64,000 nt of DNA from a virus. Location of the stretch: the IMG/VR virus record IMGVR_UViG_3300045988_123906; one strand, written 5' to 3'. The notes below the pieces were generated by a model. It saw only the letters and a list, made by a program, of their open reading frames with translations. It was not told the DNA's origin and did no database searches. The first letter of the stretch is position 1. Each line of letters opens with the position of its first letter. Positions 38,202-45,887 of the stretch are shown piece after piece. The translations under genes were made by a program, and so were the position numbers.

Positions 38202-38418
38202 AGAGTTTGACTGTATTCTAAACATACATCATGGTTCGGTAATGAAATTACTCTACTGAGATGTGTTAGGTGTTTTTGCCTTGTAATTCTATTAAAGAAA
38301 ACAGCAAGGTTTGAATCAGGAGGTGAATGAGATGAACGCAATGCCCTTCGACGATTCCGCATAGCGCAAGCAGAGTCGCCGCGAAACAGATTGAGATGAA
38401 TAGCAAGTCGAAAGGTTT

Positions 38419-38681
38419 GCACGTTTAGGCCAAGCCGAACGGAACGAATTGTTAGAGTGAGATACCCCCACCCGTGGCTGCCACTGGAGGACCGAGGAGC
38501 TCAGCAGGTGACCCTACAGGGAGGAACTCACGGTACTTACGGTAGAGCCCAAATAGAAATACAGCGATGATGCGTCACTCCGAAATCCCGAACTGCGCTC
38601 GCAGCTCAACCGCAGCTCATCAACGCTGCCGGCTGCAGCGATCGCATGTGAGGCACAGGACTCCACAGATATTTAGATCTC
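38419..38681 (+). ncRNA. repeated noncoding element A
   Basis: The 5' box is GCACGTTTAGGCCAAGCCGAACGGAACGAATTGTTAGAG and the 3' box is ATTTAGATCTC. It has a GC-rich structured interior and no convincing ORF. Confidence 0.45.
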
Positions 38682-38815
38682 AATTTGAAACAAAAGTACA
38701 TAATCAAATAAGAAAGCGAGTTGAAAACTATGTTGAAAACCGGTCCTCCCATGTGAGGAATCTCGTATTTTACGAGCAGATTTGTGATGAATTGTTATCT
38801 GGTTTTACCATGATA

Positions 38816-39058
38816 GCACGTTTAGGCCAAGCCGAACGGAACGAATTGTTAGACTGAGGGGACACCCCCGAGGAAGGCGGAAGACGCGTCGACTGCAGGT
38901 ACCAGACATCGCTGGCCACACCGAACGGTGCCATCAGGGGGTCAAATGAAACTTAAAACACCCCAACCGACGCATCCAACAACCAAATTTGGGCCACAAC
39001 CCCTGGTTCATGAAAGATCTCCATCTCCAGCTAGTAGCTTCAGACAGATTTAGATCAC
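38816..39058 (+). ncRNA. repeated noncoding element B
   Basis: Its 5' box matches that of A over 37 nt. This is followed by a GGGG-ACA-CCCC hairpin. The 3' box is ATTTAGATCAC. Confidence 0.45.
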
Positions 39059-39146
39059 AAATCGCCTATATTATAATAATGAAGGTTGTGATAAGAGCAA
39101 CAAATACAAACAAAATGTAATGCTGTCATTTGTGAATATTTTCCAA

Positions 39147-39174
39147 TTGACAACGATACGTTTTTGTGTAATAC
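39147..39174 (+). promoter_or_regulatory. sigma-70/sigma-A-like promoter candidate
   Basis: TTGACA, 16 nt, TAATAC, with a TGTG just upstream of the -10. It lies about 55 nt before ATG 39229. Confidence 0.45.
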
Positions 39175-39228
39175 TTGTTTCAAGCGAAACACACTTTACA
39201 ATACCAAACGAAAAGGATGAGGTAAAAA

Positions 39229-40629
39229 ATGAATGCGAATGTAGTAATGCAAGTAGCCACCACCAAGCAGTTCGGTGACATGGAGATTCAGGTCTATGAG
39301 AATCCGGCGGTCGATCACACCAGAGCTCAGGATGATTTCTATATGACCCGTGAGCAGATTGGCACGGCGTTGGGATATAAGAATCCTTCAATTTCGATTG
39401 GAACGATTCACAAGCGCAATGCGGCTCGTCTCGACCCGCTTTCAGGGTTAATCAATTTGATTAACCCTTGTGGAAAACAGCAGACCTACGTATATAATAT
39501 GCGTGGTGTCATGGAGATCTGCCGTTACAGCACTCAACCCAAAGCGAATGCTTTCATTGATTTCTGCTGGGATGTGATCGCCGCTCTGATGCGGGGTGAA
39601 ACCGTATCGCTGAATGCCAATCAGACTGAGCTCAAGCGGCAGGAGCGATTCGACAAGATGACTCAGACGCTGACGGAGATTCATTCTAAGATGGACGCTC
39701 TCGAAGCCGCACGCCAGCAGGACCGCAACGCTCTCGACAATGTGTTGTTCGTCTGTAAGCAGCTGGAACGAAAGCTTATCTCGATGGGTCAGCCGCAGAA
39801 GCAGCCTGAGCAGACCGCCACAACTGCCACAGTCACCGCAAAGGAAACCCACACCACTACATACAAAGGACGCAGCGAATGGCGGACTGAGATTTACAAG
39901 CTCGGCAACTCTATCGCTCGCATGACTGGTCTGACGCTGAATGCGGTTCTGAAACAGGCTTATGATTATATCGGTCGCAACTATGGCTGGTATTTCAAAG
40001 ACGAACGCAAGGCGTATGTTGAGCGGGTCGGCTACATGGGTGACATCAAGAACCTCAGCGGCTTGGACATTATCGAGGACAGCGAAACGTGGAAGTCGAT
40101 CTTTATGTCGATCATGAAGGATCGGTATGATAACGAAAAGCATGACGCTGAGGTCCGAAAGGGGATTAAGTCTGCACTCACCAAGAAGCCGCCTATGATC
40201 CCTGCTGATATGATTCCTACTCGCCACAGAGTAGAACCTGCTCCCGAGGTCGTTGCTGAAGAACCCGCACCGGTCGTTGTGGCCGAGGCTCACGCGGTCG
40301 AGATTGAAACACCGGCGGCTGAAACACCGGCAGTCGAAGCTCCTGCGGTCGAAGAGCCGAAAAAGAAATATTATTACTACAAGCCGAGTATTACGCTTCC
40401 GATCGTTGAACCCATTGCAAAAAAGCTGGGCGATAAGACGCTTGGGTATTGGGTTACCTATGCAAAGATCTATGACGCAATCGGCACTGCAAAGATGGAC
40501 CGAATGCGTAAAGCGTATGTACGTTCTCACAATAAGCCGCCCAAGTCTACTCCTGATATCTTCCAGAATTCTGATAAGAACATGAAAGTGTTTAAGGAGG
40601 CTGCAAAGATCGTGGCGGCAGCTATCTAA
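39229..40629 (+). CDS. Bro-N/antirepressor-like protein with Ala/Glu/Pro/Val repeat linker
   Basis: 466-aa ORF. The N-terminus (FGDMEIQVYENP...FYMTREQIGTALGY) resembles Bro-N-type domains. The linker is VEPAPEVVAEEPAPVVVAEAHAVEIETPAAETPAVEAPAVEEP. Confidence 0.5.
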   Translation: MNANVVMQVATTKQFGDMEIQVYENPAVDHTRAQDDFYMTREQIGTALGYKNPSISIGTIHKRNAARLDPLSGLINLINPCGKQQTYVYNMRGVMEICRYSTQPKANAFIDFCWDVIAALMRGETVSLNANQTELKRQERFDKMTQTLTEIHSKMDALEAARQQDRNALDNVLFVCKQLERKLISMGQPQKQPEQTATTATVTAKETHTTTYKGRSEWRTEIYKLGNSIARMTGLTLNAVLKQAYDYIGRNYGWYFKDERKAYVERVGYMGDIKNLSGLDIIEDSETWKSIFMSIMKDRYDNEKHDAEVRKGIKSALTKKPPMIPADMIPTRHRVEPAPEVVAEEPAPVVVAEAHAVEIETPAAETPAVEAPAVEEPKKKYYYYKPSITLPIVEPIAKKLGDKTLGYWVTYAKIYDAIGTAKMDRMRKAYVRSHNKPPKSTPDIFQNSDKNMKVFKEAAKIVAAAI

Positions 40630-40687
40630 GCTATCTACTTCCTCCATTAGCCTTTGAGGCTGGCAGCCGGGAAAGACCGGCATATAA

Positions 40688-40766
40688 CCGGGTGTGGCGA
40701 AGTTGGTATCGCGCTAGGTTTGGGACCTAGAGATTTTCGCCCGTTCGAGTCGGGTCACCCGGACCA
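40688..40766 (+). tRNA. tRNA-Pro (anticodon TGG)
   Basis: Cloverleaf by eye: acceptor CCGGGTG/CACCCGG, D arm GCGA-AGTTGGTA-TCGC, anticodon arm CTAGG-TTTGGGA-CCTAG, T arm GCCCG-TTCGAGT-CGGGT, encoded CCA. The variable region is unusually long at about 8 nt. Confidence 0.65.
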
Positions 40767-40789
40767 CAGCATAGGGCTTTATCCTTTCT

Positions 40790-41319
40790 CCCTGTGCAAA
40801 AAAAGCGAAGTTTTTTCTCTTTCACTTTTCCTTTTTCTTCGCTCGTGGCTGAAAATGCCGGGCAGGTACGATAATCCTGCTTTGATATGGAGCTGATGGT
40901 CGTACAACAGTTCGATTCTGTTGGGCTCCAGCTAGGTTCGATGCAGCGGCGTAGTGTAGTACAAAGCTGCTGGGGTGGCGCAATTCCACCGTGGGTGATC
41001 ATACTCCCCCTCTGACACACCCATAACGCTCTGACCGAAAATAATATCCATGATGCAACGGGAGTAGCTACCCGCCACAGTGGATGTGCATGGCTCTATT
41101 ATGAGTAGGCGAATTTGGCACTGCCTGCGAAAGTGGCATAGATGCTCGGTGCCCAGAGTATCGGAGAGTGATTTAAAAGGGCAGCCTTTGAGGATGGACA
41201 CCATAAGAGACCAATTCGCTTATGTGTTGTATCCGCTGACGCGACTGAGTATTGCGCAAACTTTGTAAGCCGCTTGCTCCTCGCCGATGCCGTTACATGG
41301 TTAAATCCTCCTCTCTTAT
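40790..41319 (+). ncRNA. candidate large structured noncoding region between tRNAs (class unknown)
   Basis: About 530 nt with no credible ORF. It contains an acceptor+T-arm minihelix (GGAGCTG...AACAG-TTCGATT-CTGTT-GGGCTCCA, about 40891-40933). It also has nested helices such as GGCAC-TGCC-TGCGAAAG-TGGCA...GTGCC (41117-41153). Confidence 0.3.
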
Positions 41320-41410
41320 GCCGGTATCGCTCAGCGGCTAGAGCACTGGGTTTATACCCCTTGGTCCAGATAAGACAGAGGCGCGGGTTCGAGTCCTGCT
41401 ACCGGCACCA
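41320..41410 (+). tRNA. tRNA-like gene with aberrant anticodon region
   Basis: The acceptor (GCCGGTA/TACCGGC), D arm (GCTC-AGCGGCTA-GAGC), T arm (GCGGG-TTCGAGT-CCTGC) and CCA are all good. The 37 nt between the D and T arms cannot be folded into a 5-bp/7-nt anticodon arm. Confidence 0.45.
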
Positions 41411-41443
41411 TTTTTAGTAACATTTTGAAAGAAGGTATGAATC

Positions 41444-41698
41444 ATGGCAAATCTGAATATCAAAGAAATCGTTGAATGGATGATCGAAGAAGCGAAAAAT
41501 AAGGCTTCCGATAGCATCGCAATCATTGATGAAGGAGAAATCGTTAAAAAGTTCGGAGTGGAGTCTGGATGGCTTCAGAGCCATGGTCCAGAAATTTATC
41601 ACGAGTGCGATCAGCACTCAGAAGTTTTGGACTCTTTGATTTACACTGGAAATGATAGAGATTATTGGTCTATTCAGCTTACTATTAACAAGGAGTAA
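41444..41698 (+). CDS. hypothetical protein
   Basis: 84-aa ORF. Confidence 0.6.
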   Translation: MANLNIKEIVEWMIEEAKNKASDSIAIIDEGEIVKKFGVESGWLQSHGPEIYHECDQHSEVLDSLIYTGNDRDYWSIQLTINKE

Positions 41699-41704
41699 AT
41701 CAAA

Positions 41705-42376
41705 ATGGCTGATAAATATCTCAGTATTATCACGAACTTCGGGTGCCACTACAGCTGCCCTGAGTGTATCGTCCGCAATAATAAGCTCAAGATGACGCCG
41801 ACAGGGGAGTATTCTTCTTACGCTCCGCTGTGGCAAGTTCTTCATAACGAATGCAAAGACTGCAACTGGGTATCTGTGTCTGGTGGCGGCGATCCGTTGT
41901 ATCACTGGTGGGAGCATCAGGCATGGTGGCTTGGCTTTTTCGAGATGTGCCAACGCTCTGGACGCAGGACCGAACTGCATACCAGTTACTTCGACGCAGA
42001 AAACAATCACGAGATTATGTTGTTTCCGTTTGGTAAGTTCGACCGTGTTGTATATCACCTGCATACGACAGATGAGATGGACAATGTTTGTCGTCGAGGC
42101 AACGAAATCGTTCGTGTGGTCTTTGTTGTGGACGACGATATGACTGAGGACGAAATCAATGGAATCGCTGATTATGTCGAAACGTCTAACGAGATCGACG
42201 AGCTTACCTTCCGGCAGCGTGTGGACGAGCACTACAAAGAAACTTACCATCTGCACGACTTCCTACTGGCTGGTCATCAGAAACGCTGGTGGTATGTCAC
42301 CCAGTGCGATTACAATACCTACTTCCATAACGGTAAGCTGTATACCAAGTATACTGATATCTTTGATAAGGAGTGA
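41705..42376 (+). CDS. small radical SAM enzyme
   Basis: The CX3CX2C cluster motif is present near the N-terminus (NFGCHYSCPEC), plus a GGE-like SAM motif (VSVSGGGDPLY). The 223-aa size is that of an activase or QueE-class enzyme, with no SPASM-type extension. Confidence 0.65.
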   Translation: MADKYLSIITNFGCHYSCPECIVRNNKLKMTPTGEYSSYAPLWQVLHNECKDCNWVSVSGGGDPLYHWWEHQAWWLGFFEMCQRSGRRTELHTSYFDAENNHEIMLFPFGKFDRVVYHLHTTDEMDNVCRRGNEIVRVVFVVDDDMTEDEINGIADYVETSNEIDELTFRQRVDEHYKETYHLHDFLLAGHQKRWWYVTQCDYNTYFHNGKLYTKYTDIFDKE

Positions 42377-42690
42377 TTCAGATGTACATCGTCGTAAGCG
42401 ATTACACCAACGAGAAAGCTGATATCTACAAGTCGGTAAGTATCGATAAAGCATTCAAATCAAGAGACGATGCGATTGCTTTTGCCGCTGTCAGCTTTCA
42501 GTGTTTTCTCAATGGGATGCCTGAAGATGAGGCCGCTCGGTATGAAGATGCAGTGAAAGTTGACACTGAATCATACGCTGATTTTTGCGGATGCGAGTTG
42601 AACCCATATCCTGAGTATGTTATCGGTGCGGCAGTCGGCGATGGTGAAGATAATCACATGTACTACATGGTGTTTGAAGTAGAGGAGTGA
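42373..42690 (+). CDS. hypothetical acidic protein
   Basis: 105-aa ORF with a 4-nt overlap with the radical SAM gene. Confidence 0.6.
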   Translation: MIQMYIVVSDYTNEKADIYKSVSIDKAFKSRDDAIAFAAVSFQCFLNGMPEDEAARYEDAVKVDTESYADFCGCELNPYPEYVIGAAVGDGEDNHMYYMVFEVEE

Positions 42691-42730
42691 CCTGCGCAAG
42701 CAGTGGCGGCTCGGAAAGACGAGCGTATAT

Positions 42731-42810
42731 GGCCCCATGGCGAAATTGGCACACGCGGCAAGTTCAAACCTTGCTTATTGTTCCCGGTTCAAATCCGGGT
42801 GGGGCTACCA
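42731..42810 (+). tRNA. tRNA with anticodon CAA (Leu codon UUG) but a short variable region
   Basis: Acceptor GGCCCCA/TGGGGCT, anticodon arm GCAAG-TTCAAAC-CTTGC, T arm CCCGG-TTCAAAT-CCGGG, encoded CCA. The variable region is about 8 nt rather than a class II arm. Confidence 0.55.
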
Positions 42811-42897
42811 CCGGCTCGATCGAGTCGGGAGCTTATTGGGTGAAACGGTTTGGCAAATCGGAAAGACGGTTGACTGCTGGACAGACAGCTTTGATAT

Positions 42898-42986
42898 GCC
42901 GCTATGGTGAAATCAGGCTAGACACATCGAACTTAAGATTCGACGGTAGTAATATCATCTGGGTTCGAATCCCAGTAGCGGTACCA
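42898..42986 (+). tRNA. tRNA-Leu (anticodon TAA), class II
   Basis: Acceptor GCCGCTA/TAGCGGT, 3-bp D stem, anticodon arm TCGAA-CTTAAGA-TTCGA, about 15-nt variable arm, T arm CTGGG-TTCGAAT-CCCAG, encoded CCA. Confidence 0.7.
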
Positions 42987-43074
42987 CCCCGAAAGGGGTA
43001 ACATAATAACTCTTGTCAATTATTCTCGGCTCGCTCGAAAGGGTGCAATTGGCCTTGTAAGCCGAGTATCTTAT

Positions 43075-43146
43075 GCGATTGTAGCTCAGTTGGTAGAGCA
43101 GCAGGCTGAATGCGCGTCGGTGGTTCAAGTCCATCCAATCGCACCA
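43075..43146 (+). tRNA. tRNA-like gene, Phe(GAA)-like but with a 4-nt-short anticodon arm
   Basis: The acceptor (GCGATTG/CAATCGC), D arm (GCTC-AGTTGGTA-GAGC), T arm and CCA are all good. The anticodon region GCAGGCTGAATGC looks like GCAGG-CTGAAAA-CCTGC with 4 nt missing. It may be a pseudogene. Confidence 0.4.
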
Positions 43147-43279
43147 GGGTTCCTGTCTTTTTGGTATGTTACTCAGCAGGGACCTTTTACCTCATTCTTG
43201 TTATTCCCGGCTCTTTTAATACGATGCTTCGGTCTATATCGTATCGAAAGCAACAAGGCTTTGTAAGCCGGGTTTATAT

Positions 43280-43354
43280 GCAGCGGTCGTATAACGGTGA
43301 ATGTGCCAGCCTTCCAAGCTGGAGATGTGGGTTCGACTCCCATTCGCTGCTCCA
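43280..43354 (+). tRNA. tRNA-Gly (anticodon TCC)
   Basis: Acceptor GCAGCGG/TCGCTGC, anticodon arm CCAGC-CTTCCAA-GCTGG, T arm GTGGG-TTCGACT-CCCAT, encoded CCA. Confidence 0.7.
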
Positions 43355-43543
43355 TGCCGCAAGGCAAGACAGCTTTGCCCATTAGGTCTCTAACAAAATG
43401 GGGAATAGGTACATGGTGGTAAAAGTACGATCAATAAAATAGCCACGACTTCCTTGTTGCGCCCTAATGTTTCGGATATTGTGGTCCGAAATGGAAGTTG
43501 TCCTGCTTGGAGAATCGGGAGAGCAGGTGTACCTAATTTATAT

Positions 43544-43624
43544 GCGGCTATGGTGGAATAGGCAGACACGCCAAATTTAGGATCTGGTCTTCGGGTGAGG
43601 GTTCAAGTCCCTCTAGCCGCACCA
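43544..43624 (+). tRNA. tRNA with anticodon TAG (Leu codon CUA), 9-nt variable region
   Basis: Acceptor GCGGCTA/TAGCCGC, anticodon arm CCAAA-TTTAGGA-TCTGG (one A-C mismatch), T arm GAGGG-TTCAAGT-CCCTC, encoded CCA. This is not a CUA suppressor. Confidence 0.55.
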
Positions 43625-43661
43625 TGTTCGAATATCAACACACAAAAAGAAGGAACGCAAA

Positions 43662-44024
43662 ATGATTTATCTTTATAAAAGTGATTTGACAAGAGCAAAA
43701 GAAATGAACCAAAAATGCCGGGAGGCTGGTGTGATTGCTCTGGATTGTGAGGGCAATGATTCCGACATGTATGGATGGCCTGATACTTTTTACCTGTATT
43801 TCCCCACAGAGGAATCTATCAAGCTATTCAACGATCTTTCTGATTACCTTCACATTGAGCGGACTGGCTTGTATATTATCCATAACGATAGTGGCGTGTT
43901 TTGTATTCCGGTTGACTATTATGCAGCCCAGTTTAAGGCTTTTACGCAAAACAATAATCGAGGAAAAACGAAACAGCTTATGAGGGTTGAGAATTTCAAA
44001 GAAGAGGAGGGCACAGCCGTATGA
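43662..44024 (+). CDS. hypothetical protein
   Basis: 120-aa ORF. Confidence 0.6.
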   Translation: MIYLYKSDLTRAKEMNQKCREAGVIALDCEGNDSDMYGWPDTFYLYFPTEESIKLFNDLSDYLHIERTGLYIIHNDSGVFCIPVDYYAAQFKAFTQNNNRGKTKQLMRVENFKEEEGTAV

Positions 44025-44395
44025 ACTCCATTATCAATCCTTGGGTGTTCTACTGGATTGGCATCGTAGATAGTGTCAGAACACTACTAATCGTCATTCT
44101 AACCGTGCTTATGATCGGAGGAGCGATTATGTTCATATGTACTATGAGCGATGCAGACGATCGTGGCTTTAAAGACAAAGATGTAGCCGAGGAAGTAAAA
44201 CTCTGCATCAAGGTTGCAATTGCAACTTTTGTTGTCGCGGTTCTGGTTTGTGTGGTTCCTTCTGAAGATACCTGCTATAAGATGCTCGCCGCTGATATGT
44301 TTACGCAGGATAACATCAACAACGCCACTGAGTATGTCACTGACGTGATCGATTATGCGGTCGACAAGGTCAAAGAAATGGATAGAAAGGACTGA
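44021..44395 (+). CDS. membrane protein (3 TM)
   Basis: 124-aa ORF with hydrophobic helices and a 4-nt overlap upstream. Confidence 0.6.
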   Translation: MNSIINPWVFYWIGIVDSVRTLLIVILTVLMIGGAIMFICTMSDADDRGFKDKDVAEEVKLCIKVAIATFVVAVLVCVVPSEDTCYKMLAADMFTQDNINNATEYVTDVIDYAVDKVKEMDRKD

Positions 44396-44400
44396 GTAAC

Positions 44401-44649
44401 ATGGACGAGAGAAAATTCTGTATCGGTGATCGCGTAAGGCTTGAGTCTCCGTGGGGTCCTGATGATCCCAATGAGGGTAAAGAGGGAATTGTTGTTGGGT
44501 ATACAGAAGATACCGATTGTCTTCAAGTGCAGCTCTGCGATGGGTACACATGGAGCAAGCCAGAATTTCGCCTGATCGAGCACCTGCATGATGATTGGTG
44601 GGCACCTGTAGAGTCAACCAGTGAATGCCGCTGCGAGTCTCTGCTTTAA
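44401..44649 (+). CDS. CxC-tail family member P8 (SH3-like-looking body; tail SECRCESLL)
   Basis: 82-aa ORF, a solitary copy far from both arrays. Confidence 0.65.
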   Translation: MDERKFCIGDRVRLESPWGPDDPNEGKEGIVVGYTEDTDCLQVQLCDGYTWSKPEFRLIEHLHDDWWAPVESTSECRCESLL

Positions 44650-44702
44650 TTTTTTTCGCCATCCAAACACACTTTACACTGTCAAATGAAAGGAGAAAAC
44701 GG

Positions 44703-44831
44703 ATGCATATCAAGTATGTGGACGGCCATTATGAAATCGTGTCGGCGGATAATGGCCAGTTCATTCAGTCGGCCGACACATGGGACGAGGCTCTTGACGA
44801 TATGAAAGAGCTGCTAACAACAACGGTATAA
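44703..44831 (+). CDS. small hypothetical protein (42 aa)
   Basis: ATG 44703 follows AAAGGAG. Product begins MHIKYVDGHYEIVSADNGQF... Confidence 0.45.
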   Translation: MHIKYVDGHYEIVSADNGQFIQSADTWDEALDDMKELLTTTV

Positions 44832-44886
44832 CGAGCAAACCGGCTCGTTTACATAACATTTTTTTATTATAAAGGAGATCAATATT

Positions 44887-45318
44887 ATGAAGGCAACTGT
44901 TAAGTACAACAACGTTTTCGTCACTTCCGCTTACGACATCGAGACCCTGAAGAAGGTCAAGAAGTTCCGTCCCGAGGCTCTGGTTCTGTACAAGGGCGAG
45001 GGCAAGGAGAAGGAGCCTGTCTGCGCTATCGGTGTCAGCGGTTCTGCTTCTGCCAATGAGATGGGCGTGACTTTCGCAAAGAATTCTGTCACCACTCCCA
45101 AGGTCGCTACCATGAGCATCGAGCTGCCCAACGGCAAGACCACCGTCGAGGAGATTAACGAGTTCGTTCGTGAGAAGCTGGGTCTGGCCATCGTGAACTG
45201 CACCAAGATCGAGGAGCAGATCGCCGAGGCTATGAGCTCTATCGCTGCTGATGAGGCCGCTATGAACGCTGCTATCACCATCGAGAACGACGCTGAGCCT
45301 GAGGCCGCCGCTGAGTAA
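44887..45318 (+). CDS. abundant hypothetical protein (possible PRTRC-E-like position)
   Basis: 143-aa ORF with capsid-like GC3 codon bias and an acidic Ala-rich C-terminus. Confidence 0.65.
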   Translation: MKATVKYNNVFVTSAYDIETLKKVKKFRPEALVLYKGEGKEKEPVCAIGVSGSASANEMGVTFAKNSVTTPKVATMSIELPNGKTTVEEINEFVREKLGLAIVNCTKIEEQIAEAMSSIAADEAAMNAAITIENDAEPEAAAE

Positions 45319-45361
45319 GAGCGCCGCCTGGTAAGAGCGCCGCCTGGTAAGAGCGCCACTG
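45315..45361. repeat. 16-nt tandem repeat x3 at the stop codon
   Basis: GTAAGAGCGCCGCCTG, GTAAGAGCGCCGCCTG, GTAAGAGCGCCACTG. The first unit contains the TAA stop of the 44887 gene. Confidence 0.8.
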
Positions 45362-45470
45362 TGGTTCCACGCCGGATGTTCCAGCGCAATACGTCCGGCA
45401 TTCGTTTTAGATGATTCGTCAATCCGACGTTTCAACAATAAATTTTTCAAATTAAAAAGGAGTACATATT

Positions 45471-45701
45471 ATGCTGAAGATCACTGTGGGTACCAACACC
45501 AACCGTAAGACTGTCATGGCTACTGAGGACACTACCCTGCGTCAGTGCCTGGAGGAGAACGATATCAACTACTCTGCTGGTCAGACCTCTCTGGATGGCT
45601 GTGTTCTGCAGCCTGGCGACATGGATAAGACCTTTGCCGATATGCACGTTACCGAGAAGGCTTATCTGGTCTGTGTTCAGAAGATGGACAACGCCCGTTA
45701 A
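45471..45701 (+). CDS. ubiquitin-like (beta-grasp) small protein candidate
   Basis: Its 76 aa equal ubiquitin in length, and the strand-helix-strand outline is compatible (MLKITVGT..RKTVMATEDTTLRQCLEEN..). It is codon-biased and lies two genes upstream of the JAB and E1-like genes. It has no C-terminal GG (ends KMDNAR). Confidence 0.45.
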   Translation: MLKITVGTNTNRKTVMATEDTTLRQCLEENDINYSAGQTSLDGCVLQPGDMDKTFADMHVTEKAYLVCVQKMDNAR

Positions 45702-45887
45702 GGAATTAACGGAGTCTGATCCTGAATCTGTTCGAGCGAATCTCGAATAAAGTCCGAATGTAAATCTGTTCTGGTTACAACAGATAAATAGCATTGCAGC
45801 CGCTGGCAGGCCGGTTAAAGTCTGCCTTATATGTGTCCAGTATCTGGGCTTTTAAATGCAAGATATGAATTTAAGGAGGAAGTAACT

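Noticed and set aside
38567-38857. 96-aa ORF spanning noncoding elements A-B. Its C-terminus (ARLGQAERNELLD) is the translated 5' box.
   Set aside because: The same box in copy A has an upstream stop only 9 codons away and no start. Copy D does not preserve the frame. The ORF has no RBS and a biased Arg/His/Ser composition. The box is more likely conserved as nucleic acid.
40891-40933. tmRNA, suggested by the GGAGCTGATGG 5' similarity and the T-arm + acceptor 3' end
   Set aside because: The 5' and 3' acceptor strands are only ~30 nt apart, with no tag reading frame or pseudoknots between them. There is no G3:U70 pair and no CCA. It is more likely a tRNA fragment or minihelix, possibly an att-site remnant.
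42687-43385. ORFs 42687..43001+, 43110..43385+ and 43173..43382-
   Set aside because: They run across tRNA genes with clear cloverleaf elements and encoded CCA, so they are not coding.
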